Numbered from the stretch's first letter, positions 19,542 to 29,318 are shown. The stretch is 64,000 nucleotides of DNA from Pseudorhodoplanes sp. (GCA_022843165.1 JALHOD010000014.1:20035-84034), one strand, 5' to 3'. Numbers and translations are program-made. The notes: a model not told the origin generated them from the letters alone.

Positions 19542-20420
19542 TTACTGCTGTTGCTGGCGACGCGGCTGTGCCGCATTGGCCGGGCGGCCGCCGCCGAAAA
19601 TCAGGCGGGTCGGGTTCTCGTCGAAATTCTTCACCGTGCGCTCGATCACACCGAGCGTGCGGCGGCCGTCCGAGACCAGCCCGTCGATCTTCTTGTCGAG
19701 ATTGTCCGCCGCGTTCTTGATCGCGAGGGCCGCGTCCGGAATGGCGCCCTTGCCTTCCGGTCCGCCGATCATGTTGTCCATTCCGGCCATGATGCGGTCG
19801 ATCTTTTCGGAATTTCGCGCCAGCGCACCGGTGAAGGTTTCGACATTGCGGATCGAGGCGTCGATCTTGTCCGAATTGCGCGACAGAACGTCGGTAAAGG
19901 ATTCGATGTTGCGCACCGAATTCTTGAACGACTTTTCATTGTCCGCGATGAAGGTGTCGATACGGCGGATGGCGTCGCGCGCCGCCTGCATCAGGTCCTG
20001 GCTGGCGCTGGACGAGGCGCTCAGGGTCGGCAACTGGCCGTCCTTCGCCGCAAGCGGAGCGGCGCCGGCGGCCCCGCCCTTCAGCGACAGCGCGGCGATT
20101 CCGGTCAGGCCCTGATAGTCGAGCGTCACCTCGGTGTCGGCACGCACCGGCGTGTTCTTGTCGACCGAAATCATCGCCAGCGCCTGCCGGGGATCTTTCG
20201 GATCGAGCGTGAGTTCGGTCACTTCGCCGACCCGGATGCCGTTGAACGATACGGTCGCGCCGGTGCGCAGGCCTCCGATCGGCCCCTGGAACACGATCCG
20301 GTACAGCGCGCGCTCGCCGGTTCCGCCGACATGATGGAACCAGTAGACGAAACCGAAGGCGCCCATGATCACTGCAAGGGTGAAGGCGCCGACAAGAACA
20401 TAATTGGCCCTGGTTTCCAT
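19542..20420 (-). CDS. mlaD: MlaD/Mce-family substrate-binding component
   Basis: N-terminal anchor METRANYVLVGAFTLAVIMGAFGFVYWF followed by an MCE domain. Confidence 0.85.
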   Translation of the reverse strand: METRANYVLVGAFTLAVIMGAFGFVYWFHHVGGTGERALYRIVFQGPIGGLRTGATVSFNGIRVGEVTELTLDPKDPRQALAMISVDKNTPVRADTEVTLDYQGLTGIAALSLKGGAAGAAPLAAKDGQLPTLSASSSASQDLMQAARDAIRRIDTFIADNEKSFKNSVRNIESFTDVLSRNSDKIDASIRNVETFTGALARNSEKIDRIMAGMDNMIGGPEGKGAIPDAALAIKNAADNLDKKIDGLVSDGRRTLGVIERTVKNFDENPTRLIFGGGRPANAAQPRRQQQQ

Positions 20421-20429
20421 ACGCCTACC

Positions 20430-21233
20430 TCACACGTTTCCGGCGACGCGGGTGCGCTTGCCCCGGAAATAAGCCTTGAGCCACGGATGTTCCGACGCGA
20501 GCATAACCGACATCGGTCCTGCGGCGATGATCTTGCCGTCGGCAAGGACGGCGATGCGATCGCAAACCGTGTGCAGGGAATCCAAGTCATGCGTTACCAT
20601 GAAAACGGTCAGCCCCAAAGTCCGCTGTAACGTCCTGATCAGATTGTCGAAATCGCCCGCGCTGATGGGATCGAGGCCGGACGTGGGCTCATCGAGGAAC
20701 ACGATTTCCGGATCGAGCGCGAGCGCGCGCGCGAGCGCCACGCGCTTGATCATGCCGCCGGAGAGTTCCGAGGGCATCTTGTTGCCGACATCGGGCGGCA
20801 GGCCGACCATGGCGAGCTTGGCTTCAGCCACCTCGTCGCGCAGACGGGGCGACAGATCGAGATATTCGCGCATCGGGAATTGCACGTTCTGGCGCACATT
20901 GAGCGAGGAGAACAGCGCGCCCTGCTGGAACAGGATCCCCCAGTGACGTTCGATCAATTGCTTCTGCAATTCCTGGGTGCTCGACAATTCGCGCCCGAAC
21001 ACCTCGATCGAGCCGGCCCGCGGCTGGATGAGGCCGATGATGGTGCGCAACAGCACCGACTTGCCCGCGCCCGAGGCGCCGACAAAGCCGAGAATTTCGC
21101 CCTTCTTCACATCGAAGCTGATGCCGTCGAGAATCGTGCTGCGCCTGAAGCCGACGACAAGATTGCGCACCCGCAACGCCACATCTTCGGATGGGTCGGG
21201 TTTTGCCGGTGACGTTGCTTCCGCGAGCGACAT
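20430..21233 (-). CDS. mlaF: ABC transporter ATP-binding protein, MlaF-like
   Basis: Walker A GASGAGKS, signature LSGGMIKR, Walker B VFLDEPTSGLD. Confidence 0.9.
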   Translation of the reverse strand: MSLAEATSPAKPDPSEDVALRVRNLVVGFRRSTILDGISFDVKKGEILGFVGASGAGKSVLLRTIIGLIQPRAGSIEVFGRELSSTQELQKQLIERHWGILFQQGALFSSLNVRQNVQFPMREYLDLSPRLRDEVAEAKLAMVGLPPDVGNKMPSELSGGMIKRVALARALALDPEIVFLDEPTSGLDPISAGDFDNLIRTLQRTLGLTVFMVTHDLDSLHTVCDRIAVLADGKIIAAGPMSVMLASEHPWLKAYFRGKRTRVAGNV

Positions 21234-21243
21234 GACGGTCCTG

Positions 21244-22374
21244 CTACCTGTCGATGGCGGCGAAGAACACGGCGAAGAAACCGTCGAGCACGATCACGAT
21301 GAAGATCGACTTCACCACCGCCGCCGTGGTGTGCAGGCCGAGGGATTCCGCACTGCCTTTGGTCTCGAGACCTTCCACGCAGGCGACGATGCCGATGATC
21401 AGCGCCATGAACGGCGCCTTGATCATGCCGACCATGAAATGATCGAGGCTGATCGCCTCGCGCAGACGCTGGACGAAGACTTCCGGCGAGATGCCGCCAT
21501 AGAGGGACGACACCAGACCTGCGCCATACAACGCGGACACCTCGCCGAGGAATGTCAGCATCGGCACCGCGATCACCAGCGCCACGATGCGCGGCAGGAT
21601 CAGGATGCTGACGGGGTCGAAGCCCATGGTGCGCAAGGCGTCGATTTCCTCGCGCATCTTCATGGAGCCGAGTTCGGCGGTGTAGGCGCTGCCGGACCGG
21701 CCGGCGACCATGACGCAGACAATGAGGACGCCGACCTCGCGCAGGATCAGGATGCCCACCATGTCGACGACATAGATGTCGGCGCCGAATTTGCGGAAAT
21801 GAAAGATGCCCTGCTGCGCCAGGATGGCGCCGATCAGGAAGGTGATCAGCATGATGATCGGGACCGCGCGCCAGCCGACCAAGTCGATCTGGTTCACCAT
21901 CGAGGTCCAGCGGAATTTATGCGGCTGCGCCACGACGCGCAGGAAGGCCAGCGTGACCGCGCCGAACATCTGTGCGACCAGAAGGATCGAACGGCCGACT
22001 TCGGCCATGTTGCGACCGATGATGGCCAGCCAGTTCATCGGATTGCGGCTGCGGCGCACCGGCGCGGGCTGGGCCGAGGTCTTGTGGACGGTGTCGACCA
22101 ATGTGCGGAATTTGTCCGGCAGGTTGGCGACCCTGGCCTGGATGCCGCCCTCGCCCGCGGCGCGCACCAGACGTTCCAGCAACCAGGCGCCGTAGGTGTC
22201 GAGCTTCTCCACCTTGCGCATGTCGATGTCGACATGGCCGACCGGCTGGTCCGGACGCGCAGTGGTGCGCACAAGCGCCTCGAGCTCGGCGGCATTGTCG
22301 GCGGTCCATGCGCCACCGGCCACCAGCTCAAGCCGCTCGCCGCTGACCTTGCCGGTGAGCAACGACACGTTCAC
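21244..22374 (-). CDS. mlaE: MlaE-family permease with an N-terminal STAS-like extension
   Basis: About 110-aa soluble N-terminal domain, then five or more TM segments of the MlaE type. GTG start with an RBS ggagagg. Confidence 0.85.
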   Translation of the reverse strand: MNVSLLTGKVSGERLELVAGGAWTADNAAELEALVRTTARPDQPVGHVDIDMRKVEKLDTYGAWLLERLVRAAGEGGIQARVANLPDKFRTLVDTVHKTSAQPAPVRRSRNPMNWLAIIGRNMAEVGRSILLVAQMFGAVTLAFLRVVAQPHKFRWTSMVNQIDLVGWRAVPIIMLITFLIGAILAQQGIFHFRKFGADIYVVDMVGILILREVGVLIVCVMVAGRSGSAYTAELGSMKMREEIDALRTMGFDPVSILILPRIVALVIAVPMLTFLGEVSALYGAGLVSSLYGGISPEVFVQRLREAISLDHFMVGMIKAPFMALIIGIVACVEGLETKGSAESLGLHTTAAVVKSIFIVIVLDGFFAVFFAAIDR

Positions 22375-22502
22375 ATTCCTCTCCGTCCCGTTTGCCCCGG
22401 ACGGCCTCAGACGCTTGGGCGTCGTGAGGAAAACCGCATTGACTCCACATACTTAACAGAGCCCATTGGGGCTATCGAGCGCTCATTTACCAAGCGTTAA
22501 TC

Positions 22503-23498
22503 ATGGTTAATCCCTACAATACCGCTCTTTCCGTGACCATCGAGCGCTGGCCGATCGCCGGCCACTTCGCCATCAGCCGGGGCGCCAAGATCGAAGCCGT
22601 GGTGGTGGTGGCGGAACTCTCGCAAGGAGCCGTCCGGGGCCGCGGAGAATGCGTGCCCTATGCCCGCTATGGGGAAAGCCCGGAAAGCGTGGCGGCGGCC
22701 TTGGAGGCCATGGCGCCCCGCATCACGGCCGGGCTGACGCGGGAGGCGCTGCAGACGGCCATGCAGCCGGGGGCCGCCCGCAATGCTTTAGACTGCGCCT
22801 TCTGGGACCTGGAGGCCAAGAAAGCCGGGCTGCCGGTCTGGAGGCTGGCCGGGCTGCCGGCCCCCCGCCCGCTGACCACCGCCTATACGATCTCGCTGGG
22901 AACCCCGGAAAGCATGGCGCGGGCGGCGGCCGCCGCCGCCCACCGCCCGCTGCTCAAGATCAAGCTCGGGGCAGACGGCGATCCGGCCCGGATCAAGGCG
23001 GTGCGGGACGCCGCCCCTGCGGCGGACCTGATCGCCGACGCCAATGAGGGCTGGACCCCCGACAATCTCGCCGAAAACCTGACGGCCTGCGCCGCCGCCG
23101 GCGTCACCTTGGTGGAACAACCCCTGCCCGCCGACAACGATGCGGCGCTCGCCGCGCATGCGCGCCGGATTGCGGTCTGCGCCGACGAAAGCGTGCATGA
23201 TCGAAAATCTCTGGCTGCGCTGAAAGGCAAATACGACGCGGTCAACATCAAGCTCGACAAGACCGGCGGCCTGACCGAAGCGCTCATGATGGCTGCGGAG
23301 GCCGAAAAACTCGGCTTTCAAATCATGGCCGGCTGCATGGTCGCGACCTCGCTCGCCATGGCGCCCGCAATGCTGCTGGCGCAGCGCGCAACATATGTCG
23401 ATCTCGATGGACCGCTGCTGCTGGCGCACGATCGCGAGAATGGATTGCAATATGACGGCAGCCTCGCGCATCCGCCGTCGCCACCGTTGTGGGGCTAG
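22503..23498 (+). CDS. Enolase-superfamily dipeptide epimerase (L-Ala-D/L-Glu epimerase / N-acyl amino acid racemase-like)
   Basis: KxK motif LLKIKLG, metal ligands DANEGW, VEQP, ADES, and a second catalytic Lys in NIKLDKTGG. Confidence 0.85.
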   Translation: MVNPYNTALSVTIERWPIAGHFAISRGAKIEAVVVVAELSQGAVRGRGECVPYARYGESPESVAAALEAMAPRITAGLTREALQTAMQPGAARNALDCAFWDLEAKKAGLPVWRLAGLPAPRPLTTAYTISLGTPESMARAAAAAAHRPLLKIKLGADGDPARIKAVRDAAPAADLIADANEGWTPDNLAENLTACAAAGVTLVEQPLPADNDAALAAHARRIAVCADESVHDRKSLAALKGKYDAVNIKLDKTGGLTEALMMAAEAEKLGFQIMAGCMVATSLAMAPAMLLAQRATYVDLDGPLLLAHDRENGLQYDGSLAHPPSPPLWG

Positions 23499-23611
23499 CT
23501 CCACTCGCCTGCAAAAACCTCCGCTGTTGCAAAAACGCACTTGGCATCCTCGCGACTTTCGCTCTAGCCTTTGCATCGGATGGCCCAAGGGAACGACGGG
23601 GGGTCGGAGGG

Positions 23612-24043
23612 ATGAGGGCTCTTGCGGGGGTTGTCGGCGCCGTGCTTCTGGCGCTGCTTGCGGGGGATGCATCGGCGGCGGTGCGGATTTCAAACGATCC
23701 GGGCGGCCAGATCGGTCCCTATCTCGACAATTTCGCCATGGTCCGCTCGTCCGGACAACGCGTCATTATCGACGGCCCTTGCCTGTCAGCCTGCACCATG
23801 GTTCTCGGCATCGTGCCGCGCGACCGCATCTGCGTGACGTCGCGCGCGCGGCTTGGTTTTCATGCCGCCTGGAATCCGGGTGAGAACGGCAAGGTGGTGA
23901 TGAGTCACGCCGGCACCAAGGCGCTGTGGGACATCTATCCCACGCATATCCGTTCGTGGCTCAGCAAGCGCGGCGGGTTGAAGCCGAAAATGGTCTATCT
24001 GGCCGGCTCGGAATTGTCGGCGATGTATCAGCCCTGCCGCTGA
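23612..24043 (+). CDS. Secreted hypothetical protein
   Basis: Signal peptide MRALAGVVGAVLLALLAGDASA. 143 aa. The ATG at 23612 is preferred over the upstream alternative start. Confidence 0.6.
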   Translation: MRALAGVVGAVLLALLAGDASAAVRISNDPGGQIGPYLDNFAMVRSSGQRVIIDGPCLSACTMVLGIVPRDRICVTSRARLGFHAAWNPGENGKVVMSHAGTKALWDIYPTHIRSWLSKRGGLKPKMVYLAGSELSAMYQPCR

Positions 24044-24050
24044 CGCAATC

Positions 24051-25211
24051 TCACGCCGGTTCCCATTTTGCGCGCGCAAGAATGACCATGACGCCGCCGC
24101 CCGCGGCCAGAAGCGCCATCGCCGCATAGCCCGCGCCGCCGTAACGCTCGTATAACAGTCCGGCGAGCCCCATGCTCGCACCCAGAACCACGCCGCTGAG
24201 GATCGAGAAATAGCCCTGCGCCGTGGCGGCAAACCGCTCTGGCGCGTGATGGGCGATGTAACCGATCAAACCGAGATGCGTGGCGCCGAATGTCGCCGCG
24301 TGCAGGCATTGCAGCAGCGGCAATGTCCAGCCGGGCGGATCGAACGCCATCGCCAGCCAGCGAATGACCCCGCCGGCGGCGCCGCACAGCAGCAGAACAT
24401 GCGGCGTCAGCCCTGGCGGCAGTCGTCCCGACATCGCGAACAGGACGATTTCGGCGACGACACCCAGCGCCCATAGCAGGCCGATCACCGCGCCATCGAA
24501 ACCCGCCGCCTTCCAGTCCAGAGTCGAAAAGCCGTAATAGAAGGCGTGGCTCGCCTGGATCAGGCTGGCCGCCGCGATGACGGCGAGAAAAGCCGGATTG
24601 CGCCAGAGCGGCGCCGGCGGCTGGTTATCGGGCGCAGATGGCGCGATGTGAAGCGGCGCCAGCGCCAGAGACACCATCGCCGCCACGACGCCGGAGGCGG
24701 CAATCGCCCAGATCAAGTGCCGCGGCTCGATGATATCCAGCAGAATACCGGCGCCGAGATTGGCCGCGATGAAGGCGGCCGATCCCCACAACCGGATGCC
24801 GCCATAGGATCCGCCATAGACTTTCAGCCCCTTCAGCGCCAGCGCGTCGGACAGCGCCACAATCGGCGTATGGGCGATCGAGGCGAGGCTCACCGCCAGC
24901 AGAATGGCGAGCGCGCCGTCGGCAAAGCCGACGGCGATATAGCCGAGCGCGGCCGCGATGGCCGCCCCGATCAGAACCTCGCACAGCGCGCCGCGGCGGT
25001 CGGCGATTCGGGTCAGCAGCGGCACCGCCAGCACCCGGACAAAGGCCGGCGCCGCCAGCACCAGCCCGATCTGGGCGGCGTTGAGCCCCTTGGCCTCCAG
25101 CCAGACCGGGAAAAACGGCATCTGGATGCCGATCAGAATAAAATACGCCGCATAAAACGCCGAAAGACGGCCGATAAATCCGCCGGTGGATAACTGGGCA
25201 GGAGCGGTCAT
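24051..25211 (-). CDS. MFS transporter
   Basis: 12 predicted TM segments. MFS loop motif LLTRIADRRG. ATG at 25211. Confidence 0.85.
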   Translation of the reverse strand: MTAPAQLSTGGFIGRLSAFYAAYFILIGIQMPFFPVWLEAKGLNAAQIGLVLAAPAFVRVLAVPLLTRIADRRGALCEVLIGAAIAAALGYIAVGFADGALAILLAVSLASIAHTPIVALSDALALKGLKVYGGSYGGIRLWGSAAFIAANLGAGILLDIIEPRHLIWAIAASGVVAAMVSLALAPLHIAPSAPDNQPPAPLWRNPAFLAVIAAASLIQASHAFYYGFSTLDWKAAGFDGAVIGLLWALGVVAEIVLFAMSGRLPPGLTPHVLLLCGAAGGVIRWLAMAFDPPGWTLPLLQCLHAATFGATHLGLIGYIAHHAPERFAATAQGYFSILSGVVLGASMGLAGLLYERYGGAGYAAMALLAAGGGVMVILARAKWEPA

Positions 25212-25268
25212 GAGTGCGGTTGCGCGCTTGGACGGGTCGGGCCTCATGCGTAGCTTCAGTCGCAGCCA

Positions 25269-26393
25269 ATGTCAGACGAAAAACGGGCCCTGACCCGGCA
25301 TTCCGCGCCGCCCAGCGAGGCGGACTATGAAGCCATCCTCGACGCGGTCATGGAAACGGGCCGCGGTCGCTGGTTTTTGCACGAATTCGCGCAGCGAAAC
25401 CGCCACAGCGAGACCCGCTCGGTCCTCTCCGCTATCCAGCGGATCGAGGGATTGCTGCGGACCCAGACCGGCGAGACCATCGAAGACCTCGGCCATCCGG
25501 CCGCGGAACAGATCGGCGCGGCCATCGCGCGGGCGCAGGACATGCTGCGGGGCGACGGCAGAACCTCCGCGCCCTTCGACGGTGCCGTCGCGGCGCTGGA
25601 AGCGGCGCAGGCGCGGTTCCGCACGGCGTCGATGCGCCTGCAGGATGCGTCTCACGCGCTGCGCGAGGAAGGCGGCCATTACCGGATCTGCAGGGATCTC
25701 GACCAGCAGATCGCGGAGCTGAATTCTGCACGCACGCAGCTCGACGACGCCACCGATGACATCCGGATTCTGGTGGCGCTGCTGGGCGACATCGAAAGCC
25801 AGATCGGCGGGCCGCAGACCGAAGGCGCTTCCTCCGCGACGGCGCAAGGCCAGGCCGAGCCGCCAGCCGGGACGGCTCAATCCGGCACTGCACCGGACGG
25901 CAATGCCGCGGCTGCAGACGCAGAACTCCTCCAAATTGAAATTGAAGCCACTGTTACAGAAACGTCCGTCGCGTCCGGCATCGTCGAAGCCGACATTGTC
26001 GACGTCGGCATCGTCGACGTCGGCATTGTCGACGTCGGCATTGTCGAAACACATACTCATGTAACGGAAGAGGCGTTTGCACCTCCGGCCCCGATCTCGC
26101 CGGGCTCCGAATCCAACATCGTTCCGACCGCAGTGCACCACGCATCGCCTGCCATGGCTGAGGATGCAGCGCTATCCGGAGATCTTGTGTCGGGTCCGGC
26201 CGATTTTCTGCTCGAACCGTTGCCGGACGACGAATTGGCGGATACGCACCAGGGCGGAGCGGCGGTTGCGCGCAAGTCTACTGCCAAAACACGGGACGAG
26301 ACGGCGACCAAACCGATGCGGCTCGATTCGTTCGATCCGCTGGCGCCGATCCGTGCCCTGAGCGACGAGGAAAAGATCGCGCTGTTCAGCTGA
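25269..26393 (+). CDS. Hypothetical protein with a low-complexity acidic centre and a pentapeptide VNTR
   Basis: Structured N-terminus (YEAILDAVMETGRGRWFLHEFAQRN), helical middle, repeats, and a conserved-looking C-terminus PLAPIRALSDEEKIALFS. Confidence 0.65.
   Translation: MSDEKRALTRHSAPPSEADYEAILDAVMETGRGRWFLHEFAQRNRHSETRSVLSAIQRIEGLLRTQTGETIEDLGHPAAEQIGAAIARAQDMLRGDGRTSAPFDGAVAALEAAQARFRTASMRLQDASHALREEGGHYRICRDLDQQIAELNSARTQLDDATDDIRILVALLGDIESQIGGPQTEGASSATAQGQAEPPAGTAQSGTAPDGNAAAADAELLQIEIEATVTETSVASGIVEADIVDVGIVDVGIVDVGIVETHTHVTEEAFAPPAPISPGSESNIVPTAVHHASPAMAEDAALSGDLVSGPADFLLEPLPDDELADTHQGGAAVARKSTAKTRDETATKPMRLDSFDPLAPIRALSDEEKIALFS
25981..26050 (+). repeat. 15-bp tandem repeat, about 4.7 copies
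   Basis: Units tcgtcgaagccgaca / ttgtcgacgtcggca / tcgtcgacgtcggca / ttgtcgacgtcggca / ttgtcgaaac encode IVEAD-(IVDVG)x3-IVE. Confidence 0.9.
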
Positions 26394-26399
26394 TCGCGT

Positions 26400-27389
26400 T
26401 CAATCGGCAATCAGCCGACAGAACAGTTCGGGATCGATATTGCCGCCCGACAACACCCCGACCACGACCTTGCCTTTGACATCGAGCTTGCCCGCGAGCA
26501 AGGCCGCCAGCCCGATCGCACCTCCCGGTTCCACAACCAGCTTCAGTTCGTGGAAGGCATAGGCCACGGCCTTGCCGACCTCAGCGTCGCTGGCGGTGAC
26601 GCCCTGCCCGATCAGCTTCGACGTGATCGGGAATGTCAGTTCGCCCGGACGCTCGGTCATCAAGGCATCGCAGATCGTGCCGCTCATGCGGGCATTGGTC
26701 TCGCGCTGACCGCTCTTGAACGAGCGCAGGGTGTCGTCAAAATCTTCGGGTTCGGCGGTGTAAAAGACCGTCTCCGGCACGCGGGTTTTCATCGCGAGTG
26801 AGATGCCGGCCGCCAGCCCGCCGCCGGAGGCGCCGATCACGGCCAGATCGGGTTTCAGGCCCAGCTTTGCGAGATCATCGACAATCTCGAGCCCCGCCGT
26901 GCCTTGTCCGGCGATGATGAAGGGATCGTCGAAGGGCGGCACAAGGGTGGCGCCGCGGTCCTGCATGATTTTCTTGGCAATCCCTGCGCGATCTTCGGTG
27001 TCGCGATCATAGAGCACCACTTCGGCGCCGAGCGCGGCCGTGCGTTCGCGCTTGGGACGCGGCGCGTCGGCCGGCATTACGATCACGGCCGGCATGCCGA
27101 GCAGTTTCGCCGCCGCGGCGACGCCCTGGGCATGATTGCCGGAAGAGTAAGCCACCACACCGGCGGCGCGCTTCTCCTGCGGAATGGACGAGCATTTGTT
27201 GTAGGCGCCGCGGAACTTGAACGAGCCCATGCGCTGCAGGGTTTCCGCCTTCAGAAACACATGCGCGCCCAGCCGGTCGTCCAGCGCGGGCGAATTGATC
27301 AGCGGGGTGCGGACCGCCACGCCGTGCACGCGCCGGGCGGCGGCTTCGATATCGGCAAAGGTCGGCACCAGACGGGTCTCGATGTTCAT
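26400..27389 (-). CDS. PLP-dependent threonine/serine ammonia-lyase family (serine racemase / threo-3-hydroxyaspartate dehydratase-like)
   Basis: PLP lysine in GSFKFRGA and a Gly-rich loop GASGGGL. 329 aa from ATG 27389. Confidence 0.85.
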   Translation of the reverse strand: MNIETRLVPTFADIEAAARRVHGVAVRTPLINSPALDDRLGAHVFLKAETLQRMGSFKFRGAYNKCSSIPQEKRAAGVVAYSSGNHAQGVAAAAKLLGMPAVIVMPADAPRPKRERTAALGAEVVLYDRDTEDRAGIAKKIMQDRGATLVPPFDDPFIIAGQGTAGLEIVDDLAKLGLKPDLAVIGASGGGLAAGISLAMKTRVPETVFYTAEPEDFDDTLRSFKSGQRETNARMSGTICDALMTERPGELTFPITSKLIGQGVTASDAEVGKAVAYAFHELKLVVEPGGAIGLAALLAGKLDVKGKVVVGVLSGGNIDPELFCRLIAD

Positions 27390-27420
27390 GTCGGACCGTA
27401 ACGCCGACGGCGTCCGGACT

Positions 27421-28362
27421 TCAAGCCGCCTGCGCGTCCCACAGGGCCTCGATGCGGCGGCGGAAGGCTTTTGGCGGCTCGGCAAACAGCCGCGCCGCCA
27501 CCCGCGCCGCCGGCTTCAGGTAATCCGCCTGCCGCAGAACGATCAGCGGCAGCAGCTTGGCGCGCCACGGCGCCAGCGGCTGGTGCGGCATGGTCAGCAG
27601 CGTCAGCACATGCAGATCCTGATAGCGGCCGAGGCGGTTGCGCAGGCGCTGGGCTTCGTCGACCCAGATACGGCCCAGCCGCGGCCAGGCCGGCTCGATC
27701 AGTTCCATCTGGTAGCGATGCTCGACCACACGGCGGCGCAGTTCATGCAGATCGTCCGGCGACGCCACGCTCCAGTCTTTCGGCAAGGCCTGCCGCGCCC
27801 GGCGATAGGTTTCGGCCAGCCGCCCCGCCAGATCAGCGAAGGTCAGCGGATGCAGCGCCCAGTGCGAGACATAATAGGACGCGGCGGTGATGTAATCGGA
27901 GAATTGCTGGCGCGTCTCCTCGTCCCAGATCTTTGCTTCCTTCTCGGCCCGCAACGCCTCCAGACGCCGATAGATCGCAATCAGGTTTTGCGGGGTCAGC
28001 GCCGGCGGCACGTGATAGGTGCCTTCGACGGTGTCGTGAAAAGCGTCAATCGCAGACTGGGCGTCGCGCGCCACCGTCAGCTTGCGCGCCAGCGCCCGGG
28101 CATCGTCGCGCAGGGTCTGATGCTGTTCCGCCAGAAAGGGCGATAACATTTTCAGCAACGCCCGCCACTGTTTCATGGCCCGGCGGATATCGTGCACCAC
28201 GACCTTATCGTCCAGGCTTCTGTCTTCGAGGATATCGTGCGCCTGCAACAACAGATGCGCCGCAACCGACTGCAACGCGTCGCCGACCGGCCGGCCCGGC
28301 TTCAGGGCGGGCTGCTCATCCATGGACTGTCCGGCTTCCTGATCCATCGGCATGTGCGCCAA
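27421..28362 (-). CDS. CHAD domain protein
   Basis: Repeated helical blocks with VHDIRRAMKQWRALLK and LHELRRRVVEHRYQMEL, typical of CHAD. Confidence 0.75.
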   Translation of the reverse strand: MAHMPMDQEAGQSMDEQPALKPGRPVGDALQSVAAHLLLQAHDILEDRSLDDKVVVHDIRRAMKQWRALLKMLSPFLAEQHQTLRDDARALARKLTVARDAQSAIDAFHDTVEGTYHVPPALTPQNLIAIYRRLEALRAEKEAKIWDEETRQQFSDYITAASYYVSHWALHPLTFADLAGRLAETYRRARQALPKDWSVASPDDLHELRRRVVEHRYQMELIEPAWPRLGRIWVDEAQRLRNRLGRYQDLHVLTLLTMPHQPLAPWRAKLLPLIVLRQADYLKPAARVAARLFAEPPKAFRRRIEALWDAQAA

Positions 28363-28424
28363 TGCTGCACGGGATACGAGAGACTGTCCAGAAAGATGGC
28401 GTGCGGAAAGCGTCCACGCAACGA

Positions 28425-29222
28425 TCAGGCGGCCTGCGCCGCGACGATACGGGGCATGTCGATACGCTGCGGCGGCTCCGCGGTCCAGCGGATGATTTCC
28501 AGCCGGCCGTCATGGTGCTCGACCACGGCGGTGCAGCTTTCCACCCAGTCGCCGCAATTCACATAACGGATGCCGAGATCGTCGTGAATGGCGGCGTGAT
28601 GGATGTGGCCGCAGACGATGCCGTCGACCTCGTGCTTGCGGGCGTCGGCGACCAGGGCTTTTTCATATTCGCCGATATAGGAAACTGCGTTCTTCACCTT
28701 CAACTTCGCCCATTGCGACAGCGACCAGTAGCCCAGGCCGCAGACGCGGCGCATGGCGTTGAAGGCGCGGTTCAGCACAATGGCGAAGTCATAGGCCTTG
28801 TCGCCGAGCAGCGCGAGCCAGCGCGCCTGCGTCACCACGAGATCGAAGTGGTCGCCATGCACCACGAGATAGCGTCGGGCGTCAGCAGCGACGTGAATGG
28901 CGTTCTCGACTACCTCGATGCCGCCGAAATGAGTGCCGTAATAGCCGCGCAGAAACTCATCGTGGTTCCCCGGAATGTACACGATGCGGTCGCCCTTGCG
29001 GCCCTTGCGGAGCAGCTTCTGAACCACGTCGTTGTGGGATTGCGGCCAGAACCAGCCCGATTTCAGCGCCCAGCCGTCGACGATGTCGCCGACCAGATAG
29101 ATCGTGTCGGCATCGTGGTGCCGCAGAAAATCGAGGATCTTGTCGGCCTGGCAGCCGCGCGCGCCAAGATGCAGATCGGACAAAAACAACGTTCTGAAAC
29201 GTCGCGGGCTCGTATTGGTCAT
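28425..29222 (-). CDS. LpxH-like metallophosphoesterase; candidate PlcP-type phospholipase C
   Basis: LFLSDLHLG, GDIVDGW, GNHDE, VHGDHFD and GHIH metallophosphoesterase blocks. ATG at 29222. Confidence 0.8.
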   Translation of the reverse strand: MTNTSPRRFRTLFLSDLHLGARGCQADKILDFLRHHDADTIYLVGDIVDGWALKSGWFWPQSHNDVVQKLLRKGRKGDRIVYIPGNHDEFLRGYYGTHFGGIEVVENAIHVAADARRYLVVHGDHFDLVVTQARWLALLGDKAYDFAIVLNRAFNAMRRVCGLGYWSLSQWAKLKVKNAVSYIGEYEKALVADARKHEVDGIVCGHIHHAAIHDDLGIRYVNCGDWVESCTAVVEHHDGRLEIIRWTAEPPQRIDMPRIVAAQAA

Positions 29223-29276
29223 CAGCAAGCGTGAACACCATGGCAATGGGTCATGCGCGATTCTTGCCACAGGTCT

Positions 29277-29294
29277 ATTGCGGTTTGATGACAA
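29277..29294 (-). promoter_or_regulatory. Pho-box-like site facing the phosphoesterase gene
   Basis: The minus strand reads TTGTCAT-CAAA-CCGCAAT. The first half is perfect-like and the second is weak. An AAGAAT -10-like hexamer lies about 11 nt downstream. Confidence 0.3.
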
Positions 29295-29318
29295 GGACTT
29301 GGCCACGGCCGCTGAGCC

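Noticed and set aside
25981-26050. Tandem repeat as a CRISPR-like array
   Set aside because: The units are 15 bp, contiguous without spacers, in frame inside a CDS, and no cas genes are present.
28425-29222. Reading the LpxH-like protein as the lipid A pathway enzyme LpxH
   Set aside because: This is not excluded, but it is disfavoured. There is no lpx context. Alphaproteobacteria generally use LpxI. The gene is paired with a GT21 glycolipid synthase behind Pho-box-like repeats, which fits PlcP. It needs a genome-wide lpxI/lpxH check.
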